Source of the DNA: Lingula anatina
Lineage: Eukaryota; Animalia; Brachiopoda
Direction of reading: 5' to 3'
NCBI GenBank assembly: GCA_051362555.1
Contig: CM120640.1
Coordinates: 23,670,225 to 23,734,224, forward strand
Length of the DNA: 64,000 nt
The notes beneath the pieces are model-generated. The model had not been told where the DNA came from, searched no databases, and worked only from the letters and a program-made list of their open reading frames with translations. Below are positions 1-15,100 of the stretch, piece after piece. Position 1 is the first letter of the stretch, and every line of letters starts with the position of its first letter. Both the position numbers and the translations under genes were made by a program.

Positions 1-1264
1 AGACAAAGGATTTTTGCATTAAGGTGCTGCTTTCATCTTTTTGTGTTGTGGAAATGCATGATGGTTTTATTTGCACTTTCAAGGAAAATGGCAAAAGGAC
101 AGAGAAGATATCCCATTGTGTAGGCTTTTATTTGGTCTCCTTTGCATTACACTTGTAGATGTTTGATAGCTTTTCCTCTCTTAGAGAAACCAGCAGGGTG
201 CCTTTTTCCTGTGCAGAGATAAAAGTGTTAGATACTAACAGGAGGCGGATCCGCATGAAAACCCTAAAACAGCAATGACTAGAAGGTTTCTCATGAATTC
301 CTTGAATTCACTTCTTTCTTTATTGTAGTGAGAGAGTTTTATATGGGGTTTGCTATTTTTCTCCCTTTTTATAGAAGCAAAGTCTTTATGAATTATCAAT
401 ATGTAATATTACTCTGCAATCAAAATGGGTCAAATTAAAGGTTTAGGCAATCATTATTATGAGAAAGTTATGATGATGCAATACAGTTGAGGATATTGTC
501 ACTCTTTGCCCAAAACTTCTTATTTACTGTCTTACATACATTCTTTTTGGGTAATAAATGAATCTTCAGGGTTCAGAGACTAAATAAATTAACATTTACA
601 CATATGTTATCTTATGGGTGACATCATAATTGCGATTTTGGGGTAAAAACTAAAAAATTGGTTTCTCAAATTTCTTTTACCTGAGCACCCACAATCACCC
701 TTTTAATGCTGATTTCATGACATGATTTAGTACTCCAAAATCCTGCCAGTGATTTTTCCTAAAAATGTTCAGATTTTATTGTCGATAAAGCAAAATTATG
801 CCTTTGTTTAATGAAAATCTGTAATTACTCCATAACTCCATAACAAAAACATTTAAACCAAAATGAAGGCAAGGGATTGTAGCTTATACATTCCTGGTCA
901 ACTCTGCCAAAATTTTCTTGATAAAATTTTGTTCAGGGTTGAAGTTACGCCCCATACTGATTGCTATCTTACCTCAAATTAGAAAGGTGTTAAATTGAAG
1001 ATTAAAACTTAAACATACATTATACATTGCAACAAAAAATATAAATGCCGATATTTTATATTTTCCTGTTTCCTGGGTTTTTTATTGTTTTAAATCTGCA
1101 CAAAGATAGGTGCATTATTGAATAATGAGATGTAGGAAAAAACTCATTTTCGGTATCTGGATGATAATAAAGGATTACAATGTCCTTAATGATATAATTG
1201 ATACGAGGGTTTGTTTGCAAGTGCTGATTTTTCACAATTATATAAATGAAGGTATCAATAAGTA

Positions 1265-1342
1265 AATGGATGATAATTAAATGAATAGGTAAACGTATGA
1301 ATGAATTAGTGAATGAAAAAGATGAATAAATTGATAAATAAA
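1265..1342. repeat. Degenerate (ATGA/ATAA)n low-complexity tract
   Basis: Repeated atgaat/ataaat units. Confidence 0.6.
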
Positions 1343-4300
1343 GTTTTAAAAATTGCAACAAGAGAATCTATGCGTACACAGTATACAGTGATGGCATAAC
1401 AAGTGATGTGAGAGAATAGGTCATATGTTAAATGAGCTCAATTCTGGTATTAGCATCCTCCACATTACTAGTAATCACCGTTTGAGCAAAATTGTGTACC
1501 AAAATGATTTACAGGGACATTTTCGATGAGAAACAATGAGATAGTTATAGAAATGTGTAGATTACCATGTTTTGTAGGGTACTCATCATTTTATTTTACA
1601 TTAAGAAAGAATGAAAAGCACAAGTTGTGACGGTTTGCATACAGTGCATTTAGGTATTTGATATGGTAATGGCCTGAAATCTTCCAGAATAGCCACTTTA
1701 CAGTAATTTCTATATTTCCTGATTACTGCAATTTAGGTGTGAGGTTTTCCACATTTTCCACTTTGTGTGTCACTCCATCACAGATGGTTATTACCATTTG
1801 TGGTTTGCTCTTTGTAGAAATTAGATAAAAAAACTAATCATCTCTGATTCACTGATACACTAGTAGTATCGTGTACGGTTTTTCTTTTGTAACTCATTAA
1901 TAAAAATTGCTTTAGGCTGGTTGGTGTGATTGAAATTCTAGAAGAGAGATATGTAGATTTCATGATGCAGGTGTGCGTGATCATGTAACCATCTCATAAA
2001 CAACAAACAACTTTAATTAGTTGGGTTATGTTTTTATTTTTAAAGATGCAGCAAGTTGAAGGTAAAATAGTTTTATTTTCACTCTTAAATTCATTTAAGA
2101 GATTGTATGTTAATTTTGCATCTCTTTGTTAGGAAATGAGTGTACTAGAGAAATTGATTTTCAACTACCACATTGGAAATGAGCTGAGCAAAAGGAATGA
2201 ACTGGCCACTCTCAGGTCATCCAAAGATCGTCACGACATGCCCATAGTGACAAGAAAATCTAAAAAATTACACAGAATTTAAGATCTTTTCAAAAATACT
2301 TTCCTGAGTACTACATATAATATTATGTGAGAAGTCAGGATAATATAGGACACTGTTGAATCATTTGGCCTCATATGAAGCCCCGACAGTACAATTTCAA
2401 AGTCTCTTGTGATTGGAAGGAGAATTCCCTGTCGAACCAATCGAGTCATGCTAATCATGTAAATTGGTTGTTCATTCTGACATCTGTGAAATACACTGGG
2501 AAATGAAGGGATCAATACACAGTTGATTCTAGTGCAGGTGGTGCAATTGTCTTTAGGAGCTGTAAAACCAGGAGCAACATCATGCAATCAACTGACATAA
2601 TAAGATAGAACTGCTGTGCCGTGCCTCTGCTTACCCCATTGCTCTCTCGGTCTTTGCATGACAGTGACAATTACTTTATGGAACTAATACTACTGGTATT
2701 TGAATGCACTGTCTTAAATTTTTTTTGTCGGCACTTAACATGATATTTATTAAACTTAAGCTTTGCCATTGACATAAAAAATATAAAAAACAGTGTAAAT
2801 AATGTATAAACAGCACTCTCTAGATCTGCATGTGGCTATTTTGTTGCATGTATGGAACTGAAGCTGCAGAATGCACTGTTTGGCATATACATTATTTAAG
2901 TCTATGCCATTATCAAGAAAAAAATCAACAGAACATGTTTTCGTGTCTAAATGTACATGTATATAATGTTATTTGTTCTCTTTATCTGGATTATCTGGAC
3001 TGAAGAGCATTTTTAATAGAATTTAGTGTTTTTACATCATCAGCTCTTCTAGAATATAATTATTAAGATAATTCTGAGGACCAGTTTGCTGGATTTGATT
3101 CTGAAGAATCAATACATCTCCTTTTTTTTCTGTTTATCATTTCCCTTGCCAACATACTGCATGGTTCTTGTAAATTTATATGCTTGGCACTTAGGGGTCC
3201 ACACCTTATCATCCTGAAAAACTGATTAAAAAACAGTGGGAGGGTTCTGAACTGCTTTTCTCTGCTGACCTCAGAATGGGAGATGGAAAAAAAGAAGGAA
3301 AATTGATATCTAATCTGTGCTCTATGATGAAACTGGAAGTGATGGTTGAAGTTTTTATTTTAGAAAAATCAATGAATTTAGATGAAATTGACAGCTTTTT
3401 ACGCTTGCTGGATTGTTGATGTCTTTTAATATACATAATGACCATATTCCATCAAAGAGTATTATGAAGAAGGCATTTTTGTGTAGGGAAGAAGACCTCA
3501 TTAGCTGCAAAGTTGATGACTTTGACAATATTAAGAGAGCATTGATATGAAGAAAGACTGGATATCACGAGGTTTAATAAAGAAGGGAATGAAGAACACC
3601 TGCTGTGTCTGAGTTACAGTGTAGTGTGTTTATTTTTCACTCATGTCCCTTACAATAACATCTTCATTTTATGTTTCTTTATGTATCTGTATATAGTTAA
3701 ATTTATTTGATAATGAACACAGCATACACCTCAAAAACGAGGATTATTTTTTAAAGGATTTTAAAAATCTAAAAAGTCATCTCATGTATATATGAAATCG
3801 GGAACAAACAGTTTTACTCTCTTTATAAATTAACTGTTAACTATCATCATTTTGTACAGTGACCTATTAGAATAAAACTATGGTAGCCTATGCAGGGATT
3901 CTCCTTGTTCTGGCTCTGCACTTTTCTATCTGGACTGAGCATAGTAAAATACACTGCTAATCAACTCCAGTGCAGTGTAGATCTATTTCAATCTAATGAC
4001 ATTATAATATACTATTTCCCAAAAGATGACACTGTAATCAAGTTTTATGATTTTAAATCAAATGTTAGATGACTTTTTGCACTGGAATGTCATTAATGGT
4101 TAGATCTCTATTTCATAAAGCTGCACTGTCTTATTATGTCTCAGAGTCTGAAGATGCCTTTTGCGAAACTGAAAACAAAATGGGAGCTTAAAGCATGCCG
4201 AAGCACAAGCTGATGTTGAATCTTTTATGACAAAGTGAGTTGAATAGAAGAAGCCATACTAATAAAAATGTAAAAGCTATTACCATTATTTTCCTTGAGA

Positions 4301-6619
4301 GTGGTTAAGCTAATTGTTGGTAAGATTTGTCTTAGAAAATAAGTTTGTGAAAAAAACAAGCACCATTAGGCGATTCTGATATTCCCATGCTTTTCCTCAT
4401 TTGGCAATCACATCTTGTTTTTATTTTTGTGCCTGAAAGGTTTTGGTCAGTCTAATCTCAGACAGACAGAAAAACATTTCTCACTGTACAGAATCATTTA
4501 AAAATATTTATTTTTAGAATACAATACCTAAATTAAAGCTAGCCAAGGGTCATGCACTATACTTACTTCCAAACTGATGTATTTGATATATTTTGCAGTC
4601 AAGTCCAATTTGTACCAGACCAAGTAGATTACATTTTGAGTAACACCAGTTGTCAGCATTTGGTACAATTGAACCACCAAGTAATTGCTTTTCCAAAGCC
4701 ACTGAAATGAATCAACATATGGGTAAGCCAACTAACACTGTTTAAATTGTTTTAAAATTTTTTGAATAGAAGACGTGTGGTCAATAATTTAAAAACGACC
4801 TGTGCTTTAATATAACATTTCAACAGGGAGACTGAACAAAATAGTTCGTGACAAATTAAGTGTTTTTTTGGGAGGAGGCATTTGCTCCATGCCTTCCTTG
4901 TTGGACCGTCAATGTAGAGAGTGCCACATATGGATGATTTAAAGGGATAGCAGGTGTAGAACAAATAAAGGGACAGACCCACAGGAGGAGTGAATAATGA
5001 AATATTGGGTAGGGTTGGGTAAATTTTAGAAAACGGTTAATATCCTTGGTGACTTGTGCTTGCAGTGTTCAGCTACTGTTTTGTGTTCCTGGAACTATTG
5101 AATCCATTTGACTTTATGGATTTACCAGATATTTGAAATCAGTGAAATTTAGATATTTTTGTCTTCACCAGATCAGCTTTAATAAGCAAGTTGTTTATCC
5201 GTTTAGCAGAATTGAAGGAGGTAGGTAACAATGTCTATTTCTGTATTAATGGATGTGGTGGTGTTAGGGTGTGCGTTAGAAGTTATCATATTGTCAGATA
5301 TGTTTAGATCCTTAAAAGATTATGATGTTGACAAAAGTAAATTTGAATTGTTACCATTGATTAGAAGTATACAATTTGAAATAAAAATGCTGGATATTTT
5401 ACAAAATGGTTTAAGACTTGTTTTTAAATTAAACAGTTATTCCCAACAGAAAATCCTTAAAGTGCATTCTCTCTCCCCAGAGTATTACTTCATTTAGTGT
5501 ACTTTATTCTTAGTTGCTCACTAACCTGGTTGTATTACTTTGGTTGCTGAAACACTTCCATCTCTTAACTCCAAATTCAGTTCATTTATGGTAACATTTT
5601 GAAGAGTCTCAATTAATTTTATTTACGAAAAAAATAGCAACTGGAAAATATGATTTGACATTTGGATTTGGTTCTTACTTCACAGTGTTTTTAAGTTCTT
5701 TTCAAAGTTTAATTACCGTAAAGCAGCAATCATTCTCCTCCAGCTGTTGCATCTGTGAGAAGATGATGATAAACTCGGGGACTAAAGAAAATATAGATCT
5801 GTATGAGACAGACTAAGAAATCATTTTGGATTAACTTTTATTAATTTGGGTGATGGATGACCTTTCCCCAGGGTACTTGATCGTACAGCAGTCTTTACTC
5901 ATGACTAAATGGAATTCCCTCTTCTGATATCGTTGAATAAACAGCCATTTGCTGAGCTAGAGATGTGACATTTCTATTACCATGAAAATTTAATGAAGTA
6001 AGCTGTGCAATTGCTGGAGAAATTGCCTCTGTGCTGGGCAGGTTTGGAGTAGTTCAGTGGACCAGCATGGTATTGAGACAAAGTCTATGGTTATTTATAA
6101 TTGAAGGTGTCGTGGCGATTAGTAAAGAAGGAAGTCCTTAAGAGTAGATAAGTTTCATTTCATTTATTTATTGATCATTTCATTTTTTTTATTTTACTGA
6201 GTCATCTTCTCATTCTTCATTTATAACTTTTGTTGCTGTTAAGCTTTAAAATATTTCCATGGCATTTGGAAATCAAATATTTGTCTGTACTTATGGACTA
6301 ATTTATCTCATTATATATAACTATTTGGGTCACATCTAATCCATTCTTTTTTGGTTATGGCCAGTGTTTATATTATCACTAGAATCAAAGATTTAAACCA
6401 TCCTCTGTGGTAATATTTAGAAAATGGATCAAATAATTGACCATTTATGATCAGAAAGGGAACATTAATTCCATATGTATCATATATGTAATTACATTCA
6501 CTCAATATACCTGAGTACAGTAATTGCCTTTGAACCCAGTAAGTTCAAACAGCAATTTCCTTAAAGAGGGAAAGTTCAGTGTTATTGACAGGCCCTATTA
6601 TAATGGAGGAAATTATAGG

Positions 6620-7245
6620 TAGGCTGGGAGCTAATTACAGACCTGGATGGCTTCCCATTAAAATTAATTACCCCCTATTGCCCAAGAAGTGCATTGCAGT
6701 TGGCTTCTACAGATCACCCATGCTATGTCCAGTAGCTTCCCCAGTAGCCTGAAGGCAATCAGAAGTGATGGACAGTTCAACTGCTAGTGCCAGCCTGCCT
6801 GTCACCTGAGATATTCATTAGTCTAGCTGTGCTGTGGTGGTGGACTGGAGCATCTCAGCCACATTGCTACTGTTCAAGCAAGTGCCCAGGTCTGGTACTA
6901 CCAAGGAAATTTGCTTCCTTTTAATAATACCGTACCAGCTGGTCCAGGTAAAGAAGGCCACATTATTGTGGGTCACTTAAGCAGCTGGTGTTTTGACCTG
7001 TGTAGGTCAGATATCAGCTCCCAGGTGCCATAGGGAATAAGGCTTAATATAGCCACAGAGGAGGACACTTAGATATTAGCTCAAACAATGTGGGGATTGT
7101 AAACTGCTTGGAGATTACTTATGAAAATTCATGAATCATGAGGCTTCTGCCCATATGGTGTATATGTGACTAGTGCAGGCTAACACTATTGGAATTACAT
7201 AACAGATATCTCGAAGAGAGAAATAAGTGTCCAGCCAAGAACTAG
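6620..7245 (+). other. Candidate non-coding 5' exon or promoter-proximal region (start approximate)
   Basis: Block that is GC-richer than its surroundings, ending in a strong TAG|GTGAGT donor at 7246; no open frame in phase with Ig1. Confidence 0.25.
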
Positions 7246-8141
7246 GTGAGTAAATTTGTGTGCCATGGTGTGGGTTGCTTTGAAATTATTTGAAAGTCAC
7301 AGTAAATGATGTGGTCTTAGAATAGAACTTCGAATGTTCATGATAATAATGGATTGCTTACCCAAAAGATAGGTAGGGCTCTAGATGTTTTGTAAACTCT
7401 TTTTGTCAGTGAATTGTGTGAGGATGATTATGATCTCTTAGGACCTTAGTACATGCTTGGCATTTAAATATGTGTGCTCTCATCCATGTTGAACAATACC
7501 TGTACTTAATCTTTGTTAAGGAGATATTACACTGACTTTGAGTTTTATTTATGGTATATGTGTCACTTCATGAAAAATGTAGTTGTTTTCACCAAACCGT
7601 GAAAACTACAGGAAATAATTACTGACCATGAAGCATGAATTGTGGTTTCAAGATGAACGTTAAATTATACAGTCTATGATCAGTAAGATGCATTTTGCTG
7701 ACAAGAACAATTTTGTAGTGGTGTCAATGTGCGTGTAAAATCTAGGCATCCATACACTGTAATTTTCATAAGGCTGACTTGTTTTCTTTTTCACTAAAAC
7801 ATCACAATAATTGAGTAATATTGTAATAAGTTTCTTGTACACTGGCTAAGTGAATAGCTAGACACAAGTAGTAATAAATTATGGTATAAGGGGAAATTCC
7901 TCCTTTGTACATTATAATTTCTTTATATAGATAAAATATATGGGATTGCATTGGAGTCTTTCACCTTAGTCTTGTCCTTAAACCTTTCTTTTATGATTAA
8001 TTCTCACCTGTCAGATTTACCTGTTTTGTATGGTCATAAATCACTGAGAGAGAGAGCACAGAACAAAATACTGCAGTGGGAGGGTGACAGTGATTAACAT
8101 AGGGGTCCTGATTGGATATAAAGTAAAAATCGTAATGTGTG

Positions 8142-8179
8142 TTTTTTTTTCTTTTCTTTTCTTTTCTTTTCTTTTCTTT
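8142..8179. repeat. Poly-T followed by a (CTTTT)5 simple repeat
   Basis: Direct read. Confidence 0.9.
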
Positions 8180-8537
8180 GCTTTGTTGTAGTTAATAAGT
8201 ACCCTCTTTCATAATGCTCCTCTCACCTGTGTCATATTGTTGATAATTTAAAAGTTACGTGCGGCTGGATTGAAATTATGTAAATTTATATGTAAAAGAA
8301 CAAGTCAGATTTTATTGACCACATTTTTTTGTTTAGTTTGTGATCCTTTGACCTAGATTCAACTCTGTTATTATGTTCATGAGGAGGATGATGTATTTTA
8401 CTTATGGAAGGTGGGGAAAAATAATAATGCTAAAAATAGTTGAGTATGACCAAGAAGGTCCTTCCTGATATTATTAAGAGATACGTTTTGGTTCATATCA
8501 ATTTATTTTTCAAGTGCCTTATTTATTTCTGATATAT

Positions 8538-8713
8538 CAGACTTGTAAACAGAGGGGATTGGAAGGTTTAGAAGATCCATGGTCCTGGCTGAAAAGATCA
8601 ACTCTGAATTAAAATTTTGATCTAAGGTCTGTATCATTTCTCAGGTTTGGGCAACTTCCACAAAATGTAAGAAGTCACTTAACCCCCTCCCCCCTTTGCT
8701 GACCACAGGTCTG
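8538..8713. mobile_element. Possible degenerate short MITE
   Basis: Ends CAGACTTGTAAACAGAGGGG and CCCCCTTTGCTGACCACAGGTCTG are loosely inverted-complementary. Confidence 0.25.
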
Positions 8714-9028
8714 TGTAATCAGTAGTCAGTATTTTTTATACATTTTTATACACATTGGACAAGAAAAAAACAATGCTGTTTGTCATGCATGAAAATATGT
8801 CCTAATGGCGTCATTTTGACATGATCAAAATCATCAGCATGGAAAAATTTGCAATCTGATTTTTTCTTTTGTCTTATGATGTTTTATCTTACCCATGAAA
8901 TAGTAAGTGGCACGTGCATGAAAAATTGATCTGATAAACTTTTGGTCTTGTGGCAGATGCCACTAACCCCGTACCAATCGTGGACACGAGTCCCGAAATA
9001 CGTCCTCGCTCATTTGTCTTTCCTACAG

Positions 9029-9163
9029 CCACAGTTGATGGTGTCTTACAAAGAAGGTGACAGTAGTGGTTAATATTGCATGAAACGAGAAATCTTACAC
9101 AGTTTTAAGAATTAAAAAAGGCAAACAGATTTTAGAGTTGAAGTAACACAGAAGCAATCATTG
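9029..9163 (+). other. Candidate non-coding 5'UTR exon of Lar
   Basis: Strong acceptor ctcatttgtctttcctacag, upstream CACTAAC branch-point-like motif at 8961-8967, TTG|GTGAGT donor; stops in all three frames; locally CpG-retaining flank. Confidence 0.35.
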
Positions 9164-12100
9164 GTGAGTTTCCTGTATTTGATTAGAGTTGTGTAGCTTT
9201 TAGTTTCTTTTAGTGATGAATTGTTAGGTGAGCATGGTATTTGCTTGAATTAGTAGGTGAATACTTTGATTTGAATTTTTTAAATTAAAGACTTGAATGT
9301 GATGTACCAGCTGGTGGTAAAGAGGAAATAAAGGGAATATATGAAAATGATAAAAATTTAAAATATTTTAAGAAGCAGGATATTGCAAGCAGTTGAATGT
9401 GAATCACACACACAATTATATGAATTAAGTTTGATAAAATGTGATAAAGTAATTTTTGTAGGAAATATGATGTGAAAATCAGTCTGAGATAAATAATGGA
9501 CTATGGTGGTTCTGTGGATATTTTACTATGAGGTTTCCTGGTGTATCCTGGCCACTTGACAGTTCAGATTTTATTTAATCCATTGAATTGATGGCAATCA
9601 GATAATTTTAGATTAAAAATTGATATCATATTGTCTACTGCAGATAACCACAGAATAGAATAAACTTTAATACTGGAAAAAACTTTTAACCTTAAGAGTA
9701 ACTCATTTTGTACGTTTTTTCTATGAATATTTAACCTGTCACAATAGTTATTTCAAACATTCTATACTACCAGTATTCAGGATCTTATCATATAGACAGG
9801 CCTTATCACTGAATAGAAGGCCAATAAAAGAGGATTGTTATTTCATCCAACCTTTTTTTACAAAGCAATTTGTCCCTATGAATTCATGTAGAAAATATGG
9901 CTTTGATGAACACATTGATAACATTGGATTGGACCGACCGACTGTATAGGATCCCAGTGGCAACCTCACTACTACTTTGGCTTCTTTGGGAAAATTATAA
10001 CCCAGAACTGCCTGTATATGTTGTTTTATTTTCTTGTCTGTATTTTCATCTTTTGATTTGAAATTATTTATGCTTAACTGCTCAATGTCCAGGGGAATGA
10101 GAACTGTTTACAAACAAAACTTCAAAAGTAAATACAAGATACTGCTGAGATGCGGCACCTTTGAAAAAAATTGAGGTTACTAATCTTCTATGAGGTTTAT
10201 TTGGGTAGAATGACTTCTACAATCCTCAATCTTGTTCTCCATTGACTTGCATTGTGACAAAATAGCTATGTACACAACCACTTCATTTAACATACATTTG
10301 AGACGGAATTGTGAATTTTCATATCACCCTTTACACTATGTAATGAAATTGTCAAAAAATGAGCTCTCTGATGATTGTGTCGCCAGATTTTGTAAGATTA
10401 CATAAAAGAATGCTAGAAATGGAGACTGATCTTGGTCCAGATATGAGATGTTTTGTAAGTGCTGCCTTTGAAGTAGACCCCTTCATTGTACTGTCTAGCT
10501 ATATCAAAGTCATGAGGGACGGGGCCAGGGTGGCATTTTCAATACTAGGGGTACAACAGCATTTAAAGCAGTGAAAGGTGAAACATCGTTTATGAAATTA
10601 AGTTTGTGTAAAGGTTGGCAATAAGTCAATTTTGAATGCAAGCTTTATTATTAATGGAAACATATTATAATGTTGAACTTGTCCTTTCATAAACAAACTC
10701 TGCCTGTACTTTGTCACCTTTGAGTTTTATATTCTTGAAAGTGTAGTACATAGTCTCTCCAATCCAAAACAAGTAGGTTTTACTTCTGTAACCTTGCTGT
10801 GTTCAAAACAACAACAGATCAGTTCAAGATATTTGACATTTTAAATATAGTTGTACAAGAGATTGCTGTATATGATTCTTGTTCATGTTGGAATACAATC
10901 AGTGCCAAGCTTGGAGACAGCTCTCGTGAGACATTGGACAAATTATCGCTTCTTACACATCCCTGTCATCATTAAGGACATACTTTATGTCTGTCAGGAG
11001 ACATTAGGTAGGAAATAACAAGTCACTTGTCTATATGTACTAATGTACTATTTTATAAATTTGATTGTCTTTTTAAAGGGGTTTAATTTTCAGGGAAAAA
11101 CATTAGAAAATACATCTGAAACGAGCTTAACTGAACATCATTTACACATGTGGCACTATATTTGTTTTGTTTTTTTTTTCCTTCTTAGAAAAAATGTCAT
11201 GTATACTAATATGTCTGTCTGCCATATTTTTACTTGTCAACTTAATCAGTACTTAGCATTTCTTTTGATATATTCATTCTTGGCAGATCCAATGTCATTA
11301 AGTTTTTTTTTTGGAGGGAGAGATAAACTGCTTTCCATACATGTCTTTGGAAAAAGTGTTTCATGTATGCCAAAAGATTGAGGTTATTAATTCAACAAAT
11401 GTGATCAAAATTTACAAAAATTAAAACTTATAGTATATATTATATAGCTTGACTTGTAAGTTAACCCTAACTAACTGATATACATTTTACCCTCCATGTA
11501 TTTAGCATTAGTGAAACATTGGTGAACCAGTAAATGTATGCTAGTGAATCCGGTTAAAAATATTGCATTATACCAGCATTCATCTGAGCAGTTTTCTGAA
11601 GAAAAGAAACATGGCAGGTTTTTAGCTCATCTCATCTCCAGAAGTTAAGGGAAAGACAAACAGTTTAAAAATAGAAACTTTCACAGACAGACTTGCCCAG
11701 CTGGAGCCAAACATCTGTTGAAGGGAGTAGTAGGAGAGCATAGCCTGAGGATTGTGCCTGCTGTGATCAGAGCCATTATATCTCACCCTGGAATGTAATT
11801 GCATCAAAGTTAGACCACGCACAAGCTATCTAGATTGCGATCTCAGCAGCCATAGTGTGGAGTGGTCTCAAATCAGTTAGCACTCCCTGTCTTGGTGGCA
11901 CACTCCTTTGTGTAGCTTGCAGTAGTAAGTTGTGTGTTGAGCATGGAGGAGGAATAACAACAACTGGAACAGTTTTGGGAATTTTTATAAGAAGTGGATA
12001 TTGTAGCCTTTAAGGTAAACTTTGTTGTGTTTTTGAATAGTAAGAGTTGAGTTTATATCAGTGACTGATGTTAGATCTCTGCTTAATGAGTGTAAGGTAT

Positions 12101-15100
12101 GTGACATAGCTGTTCCCTTAAACTGCGTTAGTTTGTTTGGAAAGCCTCTCCGCATTGGGTGAAGTTCATTGTGAAATTATAAGTAAAACACTTATGTTAA
12201 GGGATGTTGGACTCGATAGATGAAAAATTTTTGTTTTCTATTTTTTTACTTGTTAAAAGTTCTGAATACAACTGGTACTGAAATAAAGTTAAATTGTTGT
12301 TACTCTACAGCATGTAAATATATAGTTATCAACCTTTTTGACTTGCTTATTTACCGGCAAATATCATGTATTGCCGTTGCTATTCACTGGCTATCCTTGT
12401 ATGTTTGCATTCTGTAGCAGATGCAGGCTATGGGCATGACATATGACACACATTTCTGTCAGCGGAATTATAATCCGTTTATGATATAAACTATGCAGGC
12501 TTGAATGGACTGTTCACCTGGATGAATGTATGTTTACACACACCACAGGTTAAAACACCAGCATGGGAGGAAGTGATATTCTTATATGCATAATTGAATA
12601 AAACGCTATATTGCATTAGCAAAAAAGGACAGATCCTTGCCACATTGAGCGTTTTGTTGCACAGGAAGGAAAGAATTAAAGGAGAGAGGCCAAGAGAAAA
12701 GTGTACACCTGAGTGTCTAACACCTACCCAAGTCATGAGGAAAGCCTGAAGCACTAGAGACATGGAGCCAAGACAAAGATAGTATCTCAGACAACAGACA
12801 GATAAGACCATACTGATAAAAGGAATACTAAGTGACTGCCTAAGCAGAGTTCAACAAAGGATGTCACTTGTTAGCCAGGAATAATTAAGAAGAAGAAAGA
12901 ATAAGTCACATTTTCTAATTTCACTGCTGATGCTCCATATTGGAATAAACAGTTGCTGACTGTTAGAATTCATTTCCATTGTGATGGCAACGCTCTGTGA
13001 AAAGAGATTGCAGTTGAAAGTGAGGAAGTTCAAGTGTTACGACAAGAAGGAATAAAAAACCATTGGTCTGGCTTGATAACATGCACACTAGAACATCTAA
13101 TTGTATCTAATGTGATGGTGTGTTGAGATAGTCCTCCCTCCAGCTGGTTACACTTCTAATGAGTATGGATGACATATACTAGCAGCCTGTACAGTCCCTA
13201 GGGCCTTGTTATGTGCAGCTCATGGGAAAACTTGTCAGCAAGCCTCCTGTTGTTCCTTGATGTATGAATAATGAGAAGTGATAATATGTATTACTGCTGA
13301 AGTGGACTTTCTGTGTTTCTTACCCAGAAATTGAAACTTTTTGGACACAAATTCATGGAATTACTCAAGGTTGTTGGTATGTGAATACACTGACATTTAT
13401 CAGATTAAACGAAAGGTATATCATATATCACCTGTCCTAGATGGAGGGAGAACATTTTAAGAGACATACAAAGAAACATTTGTATTGTTCTGGATTTGGC
13501 AGAAAAAGGGCATGTTACTTCCAGTGACATGGATGGCTTGTGACATCTTTTTTTTGGAAACACCCTGATGAAGAATTGAGCAAGTTGCCTATGCTTGACT
13601 ACTGGAACTAAATAATGCTCTCTCTGGTTACAAGGAGTGGAATGGATACGTGAGCTTAGAAGAAGAAAATACCAAGTATTGAAATACATTGTGGTTAAGA
13701 ATGAACAGTTAAGTTTGCAAACAAGATTTACTTGATTACTTACTAGATGTATTTGAACATGTTACTACAGGTCAAGGGAAACTAGACAGGAATGCTGGTT
13801 ACACGTTGCGAGCTCGATTTTTTTAATGTCATCCAAATACCAACAGATTGTTTGACATTTAAAAATAATAGCAACTGAGCAATTGAGATAGATGATCTTT
13901 TTCAGTAGGGAGTGACAGTTTATAACATTTTTAGCAGAGAGTTGTGAATATGGACCAGGTATCAGATGACAAAGTCACCTGAAAATTACAGAAATAAGCC
14001 GTGAAATCTACATTCGAGAATAATGGAAAGAGAGTGATTGAGATAATGAAACTTTATCCGTGATGGGAAATGACTGAAAATCACTTTTTTTGTCACACAA
14101 TTGTTGACCTGTGATCAGATGACGCAAGTTGTGCCACTTTTGGATTGATTATAAATACATTAGCTTATATAAGGAATAACTTCCTCTGGTAAGTGACTGT
14201 TGTATTCATAGCAATTGTGAAATTGCCAGCTATGGATACTACCAAGGCTTCTGTAAAAAGCTAAAAGAATGACACTTTATTAGCATACTTTTGTATTATG
14301 TAATTCTAAATATAATTTCAACAGCTTGTTTCCTTACAGAAAATAATTTCTGTTGTTCAAAATCCATCATCCTGTCAATGTTCATATTTGATGTATTCAG
14401 AGAGGCATGTTTAACATTCTCCCTGTCTGTCAAGAGAGATTTATATGTGAGCAGATGTCAACATTTCTTTTAGTTAAGTGGGAAAGTTTGGAAAGGGCAG
14501 CGAAAGGTTGAAAAGCTGCATATTTTCACACCCAAAAGAATGATTACTGTTAACCTCTTGGATAAGATGTGATTTTTTTTTCGTGAGAAATTATGGGCGT
14601 TATCAGAATATTTTAATCAAACGTACAGAATGCATGGGGAGTTTGAAAGTGTGTTTTCACAATATGGAAAAAAGTAGATAGAGACGACATCATCTGTCTT
14701 ATAAATTAAATATTGTTGTCTTTACTCTATTTTTTACTTCATTTCTAGATTATTTTCATTCTATTGATTGTTTAGAAATTGCCCCCAGATAAGAAATATA
14801 GAGTTTGCATGTCTGGGATATAATCCTTGCTATTTCTGTCAAATTAAAGAATGTTCATTGTTTTGACTCTAGGCTCTTTAGCTTGAGCATGCAGCTTTGT
14901 AGACATAAGGCTTATTACATTGATCTGTTAAACAGCTAGTGCCCTAACGGTCAAACTAATGTTCAAACACTGGAAACTCATTTGAGGAGAGGAGAGTAAA
15001 GCAATGGATGTGTTTTCTCTCCTGAAGCATTCTTAGCTAATCAGATTGTGTGGCGGAGGTTGTGCTGTTGTGTTCTCTGTTTTCATTTGTGATTATGCTG

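Noticed and set aside
600-960. Sequence reminiscent of a non-autonomous DNA transposon
   Set aside because: Only a very weak terminal inverted match; not supportable without a repeat library.
12220-12274. MKNFCFLFFYLLKVLNTT ending in phase 1 at G|GTACTG, a possible extra leader
   Set aside because: Poor start context (T at -3), weak donor, and hydrophobicity derived from T-runs.
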